Origin: Candidatus Lustribacter sp.
GTDB lineage: Bacteria > Vulcanimicrobiota > Vulcanimicrobiia > Vulcanimicrobiales > Vulcanimicrobiaceae
Direction of reading: 5' to 3'
Length of the DNA: 64,000 nt
Assembly: GCA_965277805.1 (NCBI GenBank)
Contig: OZ255842.1
Span: 4,320,001-4,384,000, forward strand
The notes beneath the pieces were generated by a model. That model saw nothing but the letters and a program-made list of their open reading frames with translations. It had not been told where the DNA came from and ran no database searches. The translations under genes were made by a program, and so were the position numbers. Shown here one piece after another: positions 37,432 through 47,478 of the stretch (the first letter of the stretch is position 1; every line of letters starts with the position of its first letter).

Positions 37432-38685
37432 ATGGCAACGACGGTAATGGCCCACGGCGGCCCCGGAATCGAGAACGACGACGCGCTCGGCATCGAGCGC
37501 CGGGCGATCTGGTTCATCTCCAGCGCGCACTTGGTCTCGCACTTTTACATCCTGGCCCTGGCGCCGCTCTTTCCGCTCCTCAACGGGTTCCTCGGCGTCA
37601 GCTTCGTGCAACTGGGCCTCGCTCTGACGGTCTTCAACGTCGTCTCGGTGCTCGTGCAAACGCCGGTCGGCATCATGGTCGACCGCGTCGGTTCGCGCAA
37701 ATTGCTCGTCGCTGCGCTCGTCTTGGGCGGTCTGTCGCTTGCGTCGTTTGCCGTTATCCCAACCTACGCGTGGCTGCTCGTCGTGATGGCGCTGCTCGGT
37801 TTGGCGAATGCCGTGTACCATCCGGCCGACTACGATCTCCTCAATGCGGCGGTCGCACCCAAGCGTGTCGGGCGCGCCTTTTCGTATCACACGTTTTCGG
37901 GCTACGTCGGCTTCGGGCTCGCCCCGGTCGTGATGATCGGCGTCGGCACGACGTACGGCGTGAAAGCGGCGTTCATCGTCGCCGGACTGCTGGGATTGAT
38001 CGCGGCGATTCCGCTCGTGTTCGCGCGGCAGCTCGACCGTCGTCCGGCGAACGAGCAACACGAAGCGGCCGCCGCGCCGGCCGGTACGCGCGCGCTGCTA
38101 ACGCCGACCATCCTAACCTTGACGCTATGGTTCATGCTGCTCGCGCTATCGACCAGCGGCATGCAGAACTTTTCGCTCGTTGCGCTCAACACGATGTACG
38201 GGATTCCGCTCGGTCTCGCCGGCGTTGCGCTGACCGTGTTTCTCGTCGGTAGCGCGCTCGGCGTTCTAGCCGGCGGTCACATCGCCGACAAAACGACGCG
38301 TCACGGCGAAGTCGCGATGGCCGGCTTCTTCGCGTGCGCGGTGGTGACGATCGCCATCGGCACGTTCAACGCCGGCGCCTACGGTATCGCGGCGCTGCTC
38401 GGCATCGCCGGCTTCTGCTCGGGCTTGATTCAGCCGTCGCGCGACATGCTCGTGCGCAAAGCCGCGCCGCCCGGCGCGATGGGGCGCACGTTCGGCGTGG
38501 TGACGACCGGTTTCAGCCTCGGCGGAACGGTCGGCCCGCTGCTCTACGGCGCGCTGATCGATCACGGTCAGCCGCGCCAGATCTACTACGTCGGCGCAGC
38601 CTTCATGCTCGTCACCGTAGCGCTCGCGTTCTACTCACAACGCCTCGAGAAGGTCACCCCGAGCGTGTCGAGGGACAGCGCCTAA
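37432..38685 (+). CDS. MFS transporter (Fsr-like)
   Basis: About 12 TM segments, [10 protein letters not shown] motif A, ANAVYHP. Confidence 0.9.
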   Translation: MATTVMAHGGPGIENDDALGIERRAIWFISSAHLVSHFYILALAPLFPLLNGFLGVSFVQLGLALTVFNVVSVLVQTPVGIMVDRVGSRKLLVAALVLGGLSLASFAVIPTYAWLLVVMALLGLANAVYHPADYDLLNAAVAPKRVGRAFSYHTFSGYVGFGLAPVVMIGVGTTYGVKAAFIVAGLLGLIAAIPLVFARQLDRRPANEQHEAAAAPAGTRALLTPTILTLTLWFMLLALSTSGMQNFSLVALNTMYGIPLGLAGVALTVFLVGSALGVLAGGHIADKTTRHGEVAMAGFFACAVVTIAIGTFNAGAYGIAALLGIAGFCSGLIQPSRDMLVRKAAPPGAMGRTFGVVTTGFSLGGTVGPLLYGALIDHGQPRQIYYVGAAFMLVTVALAFYSQRLEKVTPSVSRDSA

Positions 38686-38687
38686 AG

Positions 38688-39350
38688 CTACGAGGCCTTG
38701 CGGAGCGTGATGCTGTAGCGGCGTACGCCCGTAAGCGGATGCGTCTCGCCGCCTTTGAGTTGCTTGACGCCGTGGAAATGGAGCCGCGAGGGTCCGCCAA
38801 ACACCATCACGTCGCCGTGCCGGAGCAAGTGCGGCTTCGTCTTATCGGTGCGCTCGTTGCCGCCCCACATGAACGAAACCGAAACGCCGACCGAAATCGT
38901 GACCACGGGTTGACTCGTATCTCGCTCCCCGTCTCGATGCAGCGAAGACGTCGTGTCCGGGTTGTAGCGGTTGATCAAGCACGAATCCGGCGTGAAGTCC
39001 GCGTAACCGGCCGTTGCCGCAGCAGAGCGTGCAACCTCGAAAAATGACGGCGGCATCGGCGGCCACGGTTTGCCCGTCAACGGGTCGATGGGATCGTAGC
39101 GGTAACCGCTGCGATCGCTCACCCAGCTAAGTGGTCCGCAACCGGTCGTCTCGACATGAATTTCGAAGCCCTTGCGCGTCACCATATGGCGGAACGGAGA
39201 GACGGCTTCGACCGCGCGCAGATCGGCGAACAGCGTCTCCATCTGCTCGCGCGCGTAGCCGGCCAAGATGACCGCACCCGGGCTCACCCAGATCTCTTCT
39301 TTTTTCCGTTCCGGCTCATCGAAGAGACGGAGACTCGTCGGCTGATTCAA
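38688..39350 (-). CDS. alkB: Alpha-ketoglutarate-dependent DNA dioxygenase AlkB
   Basis: WVSDRSGYRY...GKPWPPMP, CLINRY, HRD...FHGV, RYSITLR. Confidence 0.92.
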   Translation of the reverse strand: MNQPTSLRLFDEPERKKEEIWVSPGAVILAGYAREQMETLFADLRAVEAVSPFRHMVTRKGFEIHVETTGCGPLSWVSDRSGYRYDPIDPLTGKPWPPMPPSFFEVARSAAATAGYADFTPDSCLINRYNPDTTSSLHRDGERDTSQPVVTISVGVSVSFMWGGNERTDKTKPHLLRHGDVMVFGGPSRLHFHGVKQLKGGETHPLTGVRRYSITLRKAS

Positions 39351-39380
39351 AATTGGATTCAGAAAACGCGCCGATAGCGT

Positions 39381-41069
39381 CTAGCGCCTGGCGTTTGCAA
39401 CCGGAATGACGATCACGGTCGAACGCTTCGACGCTAACGCCGCAGCGATCGCGGGTTCGAGCTTCGCCGGATCGTCGATGCGCATCGCATCGGCGCCGTA
39501 ACCGCGCGCGACGGTCACGTGATCGAGCGCCGCGAGGTTGGTGCCGGGGTGCGTTTCGTCGGCCTTGTCGACGCCAAGGTGACGTTCGATCGCGAGCTTC
39601 ACCGCGAGGTAGCCGCTGTTGTCGACGACGATGCAGAGGATCGGCGCGTCTTCGCGCGCCGCGGTCCATAGCGCCTGTGGCGTGAAGTTGAACGAGCCGT
39701 CGCCGACGACGGTGACGACGGTGCGATCCGGACATGCGATCTTCGCGCCGACGGCCGCGGGCAGCGCCCAGCCGAGCGAACCACCGTTGGTGCGGAAGAC
39801 GCGCGAATCGGCGGGAAACGCGGTATGGCGCAGCAACGGACGAGATGACGACACGGCCTCATCGAAGAGCAGCGTGCCGGGCGGCAGCGTCGCGCTGAGG
39901 GCATCGCAGAGCGTGGCCAGCGAAATCGCGCCGGCTTCTTCGGCGAGTTCGTCGTGGCGTTTGCGATCGGCGGCATTGGCGGCGCGATACTGCGTGCGCA
40001 GATCTTCGAGCCGCGCGATGCGTTCGGCACGCGGCTGCGCCGGCAAACCGCCGGCCTTAACCGTTTCGGCGAGCAGATCGGCCAGCACCGCGTGCGCATC
40101 GCCCGCGAGCCCGACGTCGGGCACGAACGTCCAGCCGATTTGCGCGGCATCGGCCGACGCGTGGATGAGCTTCGCGCCCTCGGGCAACTTCGCGGCGCCT
40201 TCGGTCGAGAACGGAAAGAACGCGCGCGCACCGATCACCGCGACGCAGTCCGCATCGGCGATCAGTGAGCGCTGTTCGCCGTACTGACCGAGATAGCGCG
40301 GATCGCCGACCGGATACGGCAGTTCGTTGAGCTGCGTGCGCTCGATGGCGAACACCGGCAACTCCAGCGCTTCGGCGAGCGCGCGCGCCGCGGCAGCGTA
40401 TGGCGCCGTCGACGAGCCGAGCACGAGCATCGGGCGGCGCGCATCGAGCAACGAGCGCACGGCGGCGGTCACCGCTAGCGCGTCGGGCCGGCGTTCGAGA
40501 TGCGCGTCCGGTGACGCGGTAAAGGCGCGCGCATCGCCGGCGTCCGCTGGGACCGCGCCGGCTTGCACGTCCTCGGGAATCGCGAGATACGCCGGCCCGG
40601 GCGGGTTCGCCGCGGCGATGTTGATCGCGCGGCGCAGGTCGCTGCCGACGGCGTCGGCGGTAAGGCTCTGCCACGAATGTTTGACGAAGCTGCGCGCGAG
40701 CGACGGCAGGTCGGGCAACGCGCAGAAACCGTCGTTCGCCAGGACGCCCGAATCTTTGTGCCCGGCGGTGACGACGATGGCCGAGTTGTCGCGCGCCGCG
40801 TTGTAGATCTGGCTGAGGCCGTTCATCGTGCCGACGGTCGTGTGCAAGCCGGCCACGCCGATGCGATTGCCCGCGCGCGCGTAGCCGTCGGTCATCGCGA
40901 CCGTGATCGTCTCTTGCAGCGTGAGGACGTAGCGAATCGCCGGGTCGGTGCGCATCGCTTCGAGCAGCGGCGCCTCGGTCGAGCCGGGCAAACCGAACAG
41001 CACGTCGATCTTATTGGCTTTGAGCGTGGCGAGGAAGGCGTGCGCGCCGGTCGTTTGCGTCTCGAGCAT
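39381..41069 (-). CDS. Thiamine diphosphate-dependent decarboxylase (benzoylformate decarboxylase-like)
   Basis: FGLPGSTE, LQE, GGSLGW, GDGS...DN TPP-binding motif. Confidence 0.88.
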   Translation of the reverse strand: MLETQTTGAHAFLATLKANKIDVLFGLPGSTEAPLLEAMRTDPAIRYVLTLQETITVAMTDGYARAGNRIGVAGLHTTVGTMNGLSQIYNAARDNSAIVVTAGHKDSGVLANDGFCALPDLPSLARSFVKHSWQSLTADAVGSDLRRAINIAAANPPGPAYLAIPEDVQAGAVPADAGDARAFTASPDAHLERRPDALAVTAAVRSLLDARRPMLVLGSSTAPYAAAARALAEALELPVFAIERTQLNELPYPVGDPRYLGQYGEQRSLIADADCVAVIGARAFFPFSTEGAAKLPEGAKLIHASADAAQIGWTFVPDVGLAGDAHAVLADLLAETVKAGGLPAQPRAERIARLEDLRTQYRAANAADRKRHDELAEEAGAISLATLCDALSATLPPGTLLFDEAVSSSRPLLRHTAFPADSRVFRTNGGSLGWALPAAVGAKIACPDRTVVTVVGDGSFNFTPQALWTAAREDAPILCIVVDNSGYLAVKLAIERHLGVDKADETHPGTNLAALDHVTVARGYGADAMRIDDPAKLEPAIAAALASKRSTVIVIPVANARR

Positions 41070-41073
41070 GATG

Positions 41074-42030
41074 TCAGGCTTTCGGTGCTTTCCAGATGAT
41101 GTCGTTAGCGTTGAGGGCGTGATCGACGTCGTTGTACTTCACTCCGGTATCGATCAGCGCTTGAATTTGACTGGGCACGATGTCGACGCCGAACGTGGAG
41201 CGCGTCATCGCGGCGATCGTTTCCGGTTTGATCGGCGTGTACCGCACGAGGATCGCGCCGCTCTCTTTCGGATGACCGTTGGCCCAGATCGCGGCGCGGC
41301 GCAGCACATCGACGACTTTCGCCGCGACGGCCGGTTGCGTTTGCAGCCAGGTGCCGTTGGCGAACCACGTCGTCGCCGGAATGGTGGGGGCGATCGCATC
41401 CATCGGGCTCGCCAGAATGCGCGCGACCGGTCGCGCGGCTGAGATGTACGGTTCGGCGAGCGTCGCCGCATCGACGCGGTGCGCGGCCAGCGCATCGGCC
41501 ATTGCCGGAAACGGCAGCTCGAGCCACTTCACGCTCTTGCTGTTGCCGCCGTTCTTGTCGATCCACGCTTGCGTCGCGTACATCAATACGTTGCCGAGTC
41601 CGTTGACCGCGATCGTCTTGCCGTTGAGGTCGGCGGCGGTTTTGATCGGCGAGTCGAGCGCGACCATCGTGATGTCGGTGGGCGCGGTGCTGAGCGACAT
41701 CCCGGCCGGCGCGATGATCTTCACGCCGAGGCCTTTGACGAAGCCCTGCGCGACCGGCCCGACGGCCGAGAGCCCGACGTCGAGTGCACCCGAGACGACC
41801 GCCGCAACGAGCGCGCCGCCGTTGGCGAGCGTCGTGATCTCCACGTCGATGCCGGCTTGATCGAACCAGCCCAAGTCTTTCCCGTAGAACGTCTGCCCGG
41901 CCGATTCGACCGGCTGAACGCCGATGCGCACCGGGGCATTCGCCGCTCGTGCAGGCAGGGCGGTAGCGGCCGACGCCGCCGCGATCAGGGAAAGTGCCGC
42001 GCGGCGGCCGAGATGGCGTTCGGGCATCAT
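41074..42030 (-). CDS. ABC substrate-binding protein (NMT1/SsuA-like) with Tat signal
   Basis: GRRAALSL signal, DLNGKTIAVNG, LPFPAM...RVDAA..EPY. Confidence 0.87.
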   Translation of the reverse strand: MMPERHLGRRAALSLIAAASAATALPARAANAPVRIGVQPVESAGQTFYGKDLGWFDQAGIDVEITTLANGGALVAAVVSGALDVGLSAVGPVAQGFVKGLGVKIIAPAGMSLSTAPTDITMVALDSPIKTAADLNGKTIAVNGLGNVLMYATQAWIDKNGGNSKSVKWLELPFPAMADALAAHRVDAATLAEPYISAARPVARILASPMDAIAPTIPATTWFANGTWLQTQPAVAAKVVDVLRRAAIWANGHPKESGAILVRYTPIKPETIAAMTRSTFGVDIVPSQIQALIDTGVKYNDVDHALNANDIIWKAPKA

Positions 42031-42064
42031 CCCACCTTTGGAGGGACGCCGCACGCCGCCTGCG

Positions 42065-43054
42065 TTAGGCCGCCACCGCCGCAAACGCGCCGGCCAGCAG
42101 TTCGTAGGAGCGCTGCCGCAGCGCGTAATCGGGCGCGATCGTCACGACCATGATTTCATCGGCGACATAGTTTTGAACGGTCGCTTCGATGTGCGCGCGA
42201 ACGGTCTCCGGCGACCCGGTGATCAGGTTGCGCGTGGCGCGCGCTTCGGCGAGCTCGCGTTCGGTCCATGGATACGCCTTTGCTTCGTCGAGCGAGGGCA
42301 GCTTCGATGAGAGACCGCGCGTGCGCCGCAAGACGGCGAGCAGCGTCGGCAAGGCGAGCTCGGCCGCTTCTTCATCGGTCGGTGCGACGATCGCCGCAAC
42401 GGTGACCATCACGTGCGGCTGCGCGAGATATTCCGACGGTGCGAAGAGGTGGCGATACAGGCGCGTGACTTGCGGATAGTCGCCGCCGATGAACTGCGCG
42501 AACGAATACGGCAAACCGAATTGCGCCGCCAATTGCGCGCCGTAATCCGACGAGCCGAGAACCCACATCTCGGGCGAGGTGTCGACGGCCGGCTGCGCGA
42601 CCAGCCCGCGCAGCCGCGGATCGGGCACGTCGTTGCCGAAATATTTGAGGATGTCTTGAATCTGCTGCGGGAATTGCAGCGCGTCGCCGCTCTGCAGTGC
42701 CATCGACACCGCACGGGTGCCGCCGGGCGCGCGGCCGACGCCGAGATCGATGCGCCCGGGCGCCAGAGCTTCGAGCATGCGAAACGACTCGGCCACTTTG
42801 AACGCGCTGTAGTGCGGCAGCATGATGCCGCCGCTGCCCAAGCGGATGCGCGAGGTCTCACCGCTCAATCGAGCGAGCAGCACTTCCGGCGACGCATCGG
42901 CCACGTTCAAACCGTGGTGTTCCGCGCACCAGTAACGCGCGTAGCCGAGTTCGTCCGCTCGCCGCGCCAGCGCAATCGTCGCCTCGATCGCTTCCCGCGC
43001 CGACGCCCCGCTCACGGTCGGCGATTGGTCGAGGATGCTCAGCGGTACGGACAT
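42065..43054 (-). CDS. LLM-class (luciferase-like) flavin-dependent oxidoreductase
   Basis: LSILDQSP, YWCAEHH, RLGSGGIMLPHYS, GRIDLGVGRAPG, WVLGSS. Confidence 0.92.
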   Translation of the reverse strand: MSVPLSILDQSPTVSGASAREAIEATIALARRADELGYARYWCAEHHGLNVADASPEVLLARLSGETSRIRLGSGGIMLPHYSAFKVAESFRMLEALAPGRIDLGVGRAPGGTRAVSMALQSGDALQFPQQIQDILKYFGNDVPDPRLRGLVAQPAVDTSPEMWVLGSSDYGAQLAAQFGLPYSFAQFIGGDYPQVTRLYRHLFAPSEYLAQPHVMVTVAAIVAPTDEEAAELALPTLLAVLRRTRGLSSKLPSLDEAKAYPWTERELAEARATRNLITGSPETVRAHIEATVQNYVADEIMVVTIAPDYALRQRSYELLAGAFAAVAA

Positions 43055-43111
43055 ACTCCCGTCATGACGTGCCAGGTGCGCAAAGGGATGCATCGGGGAA
43101 TAGTTGCGCTG

Positions 43112-43828
43112 ATGGGAAGCGCGGAGCGGCGGATCGGTACGGCCGGCTGGGCATTGCCGCCCGGCGTCCGCGACCGGTTCGCCGCCGGCGCCACGCAGCT
43201 CGAGCGTTACGCGAGCCGCTTCAATTGCGTCGAGATCAATTCGTCATTCTATCGCCCGCATCGCGCATCGACCTACGAGCGCTGGGCACGCACCGTTCCC
43301 GATGATTTCCGCTTTGCGCTGAAGGTGCCGAAAGAGATCACGCACGTGCGCCGGCTCGTCGATGTGGACGATGAAGTCGAACGCTTTCTCGAAGCGAGCG
43401 CGGGGCTCGGTCACAAACGCGATGTGCTGCTCGTTCAACTGCCCCCGTCGTTTGCCTACGATGATGTCGTCGTGCCGGCATTTCTCGCGCACTTGCGCTC
43501 GCGTTACGACGGCCGCATCGCGTGCGAACCGCGGCATGCGACGTGGTTCGCCGCCGAGGCCGACGCAGCGCTCGCAACGCTGCACGTCGCACGCGTCGCC
43601 GCCGATCCTCAGCCGTCGGGTGCCCCGTTCGCTCCGGGCGGCTGGGCCGGTTTCACCTATTGGCGTTTGCACGGCTCGCCGCGGATGTACTATTCCGCCT
43701 ACGACGATGCACGGCTCGACGAGATCGCCGCGATGATGAATTCGCCGGGCGTGCCGGCGTGGTGCATCTTCGACAACACGACGTTCGGTGCCGCAACCGC
43801 GAACGCGTTGACGATGACTGCGCGTTAG
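43112..43828 (+). CDS. DUF72 domain protein
   Basis: IGTAGW, VEINSSFYR, FRFALKVPKEITH, LVQLPPS, EPRH, YWRLHG, FDN. Confidence 0.92.
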   Translation: MGSAERRIGTAGWALPPGVRDRFAAGATQLERYASRFNCVEINSSFYRPHRASTYERWARTVPDDFRFALKVPKEITHVRRLVDVDDEVERFLEASAGLGHKRDVLLVQLPPSFAYDDVVVPAFLAHLRSRYDGRIACEPRHATWFAAEADAALATLHVARVAADPQPSGAPFAPGGWAGFTYWRLHGSPRMYYSAYDDARLDEIAAMMNSPGVPAWCIFDNTTFGAATANALTMTAR

Positions 43829-44754
43829 AAGGTGAGTTCCCAGGTTTCGCTGGTGAGGTGCGGGCCCCAGAGGTCGTTGGACTCGGTGGCGATCAGGACG
43901 AAGCCTTCGCTCGCGTAGATCGCGCGCGCGGCGGTGAGGATCGAGTGCGTCCACAGCACGATTTTGCGATAACCGGCGGCGCGTGCGAACGCAATGCATT
44001 CGCGCACGAGGCGGCGGCCCAAGCCGCAGCCGCGCGACCACGGTTCGGTGAGCAGCAGGCGCAGACGCGCAACCGTCGGGTCGTCGTAGTCGTGCACGGC
44101 GAAGATGCAGCCGGCGCGTGCGCCGTTGCGTTCCGCGACCCACATGCGGTCGCGCGCGGCGTCGTAGTTGGCGACGTACGCGGCGATGACTTCCGACACG
44201 TAGCCTTCCATGTGCGCATCGAAGCCGTATTCGCTGCCGTAGAGCACGCCGTGGCGTTCGATCACCCAGCCGTAGTCGCCGACTTGCGGATCGCGCAGCA
44301 CGATCTCGCTCGGAGCCTCGTCCGGCGCGAGCGCCTCAGCAATCGTCGCCATCGCGTCGAGCACGCGCTCCTGACGTTCGTCCGGCAGCGGCGCCAAGAG
44401 CGCGGCGATATCGTCGTGCGAGCGTTCGTTCAGCGGCGCGTAGGCGGCGCGACCGGCGGCCGTGAGCGTGAGGACGTCGCGGCGGCCGTCGTCGGGCGAG
44501 GGCGTCCGCGTCACAAACCCTTGGCCCTCGAAACGGCGGAGGATCCGGCTCAGGTAGCCTGGGTCGAGGTCGAGCGCGCCCGCGACGTCGCTCGGCGAGG
44601 GCGCTTCCCGGTTGGCCAGCTCGTGGAGCACCCGCCCCTCGGCAAGCGTGAACGGGGAGCGCAGAAAGTTCTCGGCCAGGACGCCGAGGCGCTTGGTGTA
44701 GAGGCGGTTGAAGCGCCGGACCTGATCGACCCGGCGATCGAGCATGCTGGTCAT
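43825..44754 (-). CDS. Bifunctional MarR-family regulator / GNAT acetyltransferase
   Basis: VRRFNRLYT, LDPGYLSRIL, DGRR..LT..G; GNAT part ARLRLLL...RGCGLGRRL, ARAIY..EGF. Confidence 0.92.
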   Translation of the reverse strand: MTSMLDRRVDQVRRFNRLYTKRLGVLAENFLRSPFTLAEGRVLHELANREAPSPSDVAGALDLDPGYLSRILRRFEGQGFVTRTPSPDDGRRDVLTLTAAGRAAYAPLNERSHDDIAALLAPLPDERQERVLDAMATIAEALAPDEAPSEIVLRDPQVGDYGWVIERHGVLYGSEYGFDAHMEGYVSEVIAAYVANYDAARDRMWVAERNGARAGCIFAVHDYDDPTVARLRLLLTEPWSRGCGLGRRLVRECIAFARAAGYRKIVLWTHSILTAARAIYASEGFVLIATESNDLWGPHLTSETWELTF

Positions 44755-44766
44755 GCCGGGGTGAAT

Positions 44767-44786
44767 TAGTTGACGATCGTCAACTA
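44767..44786. promoter_or_regulatory. Perfect 20-bp palindrome TAGTTGACGATCGTCAACTA, likely MarR operator
   Basis: Exact self-complementary sequence 12 bp upstream of the MarR-GNAT start. Confidence 0.8.
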
Positions 44787-44794
44787 CCCTCCGC

Positions 44795-45199
44795 TCAGGC
44801 GTCCTCGGGCGGGTTCACGGCGAACCAATCGACGATCGCCGGCATCTGCGGCTCGAACGCGCCCGGAGCCGAGAAGTTCAGGACCCCCGCGCGCTGATCG
44901 GTCCGGTTTTCGAAGTCGTGCACGACGCCGCCGGGGACGAGGATGAACGAACCCTTGGCGGCGTGCGTCCAGTGCTCGCCGACGAGCAGGCTCATCGTTC
45001 CCTCGATCACGTAGAACGTGTCGTCTTTCTCGTGGGAGTGCGGGCCGGGCCCCTTCGTATGCGGGTCGAGCCACCACTCGGAGATCGTGTAGCGGTTTTC
45101 CGTTTCCGCACCGTCCGCTTTGAACACGGCCGCAATGCGTCCCATCGGATACGCGCGGCCGCCGCCGGGTTCGAGTATCACCGCTTCGCGAGTCGACAT
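44795..45199 (-). CDS. Cupin domain protein
   Basis: GPGPHSHE...FYVIEG...VPGGVVHDF. Confidence 0.88.
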   Translation of the reverse strand: MSTREAVILEPGGGRAYPMGRIAAVFKADGAETENRYTISEWWLDPHTKGPGPHSHEKDDTFYVIEGTMSLLVGEHWTHAAKGSFILVPGGVVHDFENRTDQRAGVLNFSAPGAFEPQMPAIVDWFAVNPPEDA

Positions 45200-45223
45200 G
45201 ACGCGCTATTTCGCGCTCCGCCG

Positions 45224-46633
45224 TCAGGACGCTTTAGCGAGAACGATCGAACCCACCGCCACCCCGCGCCACAGGCTGGCCAACGTGGCGAGCACCGCGC
45301 ACGCGGTCGCCGCGCCCATCGCGATCACTACGGCGGTGTCGGTGATGCCGCTGCCGTTCGCCGTCGGATGGCCTTGCGTCGCGAAGATGATCGCCACGAT
45401 GACGGCCCCGGTCGTTTGCCCGAACACGCGCGCCACGCCTTGAACCGCTTGCGGCGCGCCGCTGCGTTCCCGCGGCGCGCTGCCTTGCATCGAGCGGTTG
45501 TTCGGTGATTGGAAGAGACCGTAGCCGATGCCGCACACGGCCATGCGCCACGCGATGTCGAACGCTGATGGCGAGGGGCCCATCAATGTCGTGAACAGCA
45601 GGCCGGCGCTGAAGAGGCCTAGCCCGATCACCGCGAGCCGCGAGGAGTTATAACGATCGGCGAGCCGGCCCGAGAGCGGCGCCATCGCGGCGGACGCGAG
45701 CAGCCACGGTAAGAGCAGCGCGCCGATCTGCAGCGGCTTATATCCCATCACGGTTTGCAGTGCGAACGGCAGCGCCACCCACGCGATCGTCTGTGAGATG
45801 AACGACGCGTAGCACGCGAAGACGGCCAGCGTGAAGCGCAGCTGCGCGAACAGATCGACGGCGAACATCGGCAGCGGCGTCGCCAACTGCCGGCGGATGA
45901 ACAGCCAGCCGACGATCGCCGCGGCAACGATTTCGGCGAGGGCGAGCGGCGCCGAGCTGTTGTGCGACAACGAATCGAAGCCGATCACTGCCAGGCCGAA
46001 CATCGCGACGCTCATGACCGCGCTCACCGCATCGAACGATCCGCGATGGCCCGGCGTCTTCGGAATGACCGCGATTGCCATGATGTACACGGCAATGCCG
46101 ATCGGGATGTTCAGCGCGAAGAGCCATTGCCAGGGTCCGATCGCGAGGATCGCGCCGCCGACGATCGGACCCGTGGCCGCGCCGAGCGAGACCGCCATCG
46201 CGCTCACGCCGGTCGCACGCCCCAGCATCTTCGGCGGATAGACGAGCCGGTTGATCGGCGACGACGTGACGGTCAGCGCCGCGCCGGCGAGGCCTTGCAC
46301 GAAGCGCGACGCCGTGAGCATCACCAGATCGTGCGAGAGCACGCAAGCCAGCGATGCCAAGATGAAGACGAGCAGGCCGGCGCGATACACGCGCCAGTAG
46401 CCGAGGATGTCGCCGGCCGCAGCCAACGGCACGATCCCGACGGTGAGAGCGAGCTGATAGCCGTTGATCACCCAAATCGATGACGCGGCGCTCGCGTTGA
46501 TGTCGTGCGCGATCGTCGGCAGCGCGGTGTTGGCGATCGTCTGATCCATCATCGAGAGGACCGTTACAATGCTCGTTGCGACCAGCGTCCACACGCGCTT
46601 CGATGGGGCAACGACGCCCAGGGTCTCATCCAC
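45224..46633 (-). CDS. MFS drug:H+ antiporter (DHA2, 14-TMS)
   Basis: DQTIANTALPTI, WQWLFALNIPIG, LSGRLADR, FQSPNN. Confidence 0.9.
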   Translation of the reverse strand: MDETLGVVAPSKRVWTLVATSIVTVLSMMDQTIANTALPTIAHDINASAASSIWVINGYQLALTVGIVPLAAAGDILGYWRVYRAGLLVFILASLACVLSHDLVMLTASRFVQGLAGAALTVTSSPINRLVYPPKMLGRATGVSAMAVSLGAATGPIVGGAILAIGPWQWLFALNIPIGIAVYIMAIAVIPKTPGHRGSFDAVSAVMSVAMFGLAVIGFDSLSHNSSAPLALAEIVAAAIVGWLFIRRQLATPLPMFAVDLFAQLRFTLAVFACYASFISQTIAWVALPFALQTVMGYKPLQIGALLLPWLLASAAMAPLSGRLADRYNSSRLAVIGLGLFSAGLLFTTLMGPSPSAFDIAWRMAVCGIGYGLFQSPNNRSMQGSAPRERSGAPQAVQGVARVFGQTTGAVIVAIIFATQGHPTANGSGITDTAVVIAMGAATACAVLATLASLWRGVAVGSIVLAKAS

Positions 46634-46645
46634 GCTGACAGCTGC

Positions 46646-47389
46646 TCAAACGAGACCGCGTCCGACGCCCCACGTCGCGAGCGCTCCGCCGTCGACGCGG
46701 ATGTCTTCGCCGGTGATGAAGCCGGCGTCGTCCGATACGAGGAAGGCGATCGCTTTTGCAATGTCTTCGGGTTCGCCGAGCCGGCCGAGCGGAATCTCAT
46801 CCCAGCTGCGGTGCTTCGGTCCGGTTTTCGTCGGCGTCGCCGAGTTGACGCGAATTTTGTACGGCGCCAGATCACTCGCCATCGCGCGCACCATGTTCAA
46901 CGTTCCGCCTTTAGCGGAGCAGTAGGCCAGGGCATCGGGCCGGCCGCGGTGTCCCGACGTCGAGGCGACGAGCACGATCGATCCGGGCTTCTTCAGCTCG
47001 ACGAGACGTTGCGCGACGGCCTTAGAGCACAGAAACGAGCCGGTGAGCACGACGTCGATGATGCGCCGGAATTCTTCAAGGCTGGTGTTGAACAAACTGT
47101 TCTTGCCGGGCGTCGTCGGATTGCAGACGAGCGTGTCGACCGGGCCGAACGTCCGCTCCGCAATCGCAAGAAAACTCGCGACCGCATCGGGATCGGTAAC
47201 GTCGCCGGGTGCCGCGACGGCGCGCCCGCCTTGACTCTTCACGGCGTCGACCACTTGCTGTGCGACTTCGGGATAGAGGTTATTGCAGACGACGGCAGCG
47301 CCGCGTGCCGCAAACGTTTGGGCGACCGCCTGCCCCATGCTCGGTCCGCAGCCGGTGATGAGCGCGACTTTGCCTGCGAGTTCGTTCAT
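46646..47389 (-). CDS. Short-chain dehydrogenase/reductase
   Basis: GKVALITGCGPSMG, YCSAK (YxxxK), IRVNS, ITGEDIRVDGG. Confidence 0.9.
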   Translation of the reverse strand: MNELAGKVALITGCGPSMGQAVAQTFAARGAAVVCNNLYPEVAQQVVDAVKSQGGRAVAAPGDVTDPDAVASFLAIAERTFGPVDTLVCNPTTPGKNSLFNTSLEEFRRIIDVVLTGSFLCSKAVAQRLVELKKPGSIVLVASTSGHRGRPDALAYCSAKGGTLNMVRAMASDLAPYKIRVNSATPTKTGPKHRSWDEIPLGRLGEPEDIAKAIAFLVSDDAGFITGEDIRVDGGALATWGVGRGLV

Positions 47390-47478
47390 GCCGATGGCAT
47401 TAGTGCTGCTGCGCGCGTCCCCTTGCCAAGGGAGTGCGCCCGCTCCGTCTGAATGGGCAGAACATCGTAAGGAGAAGC

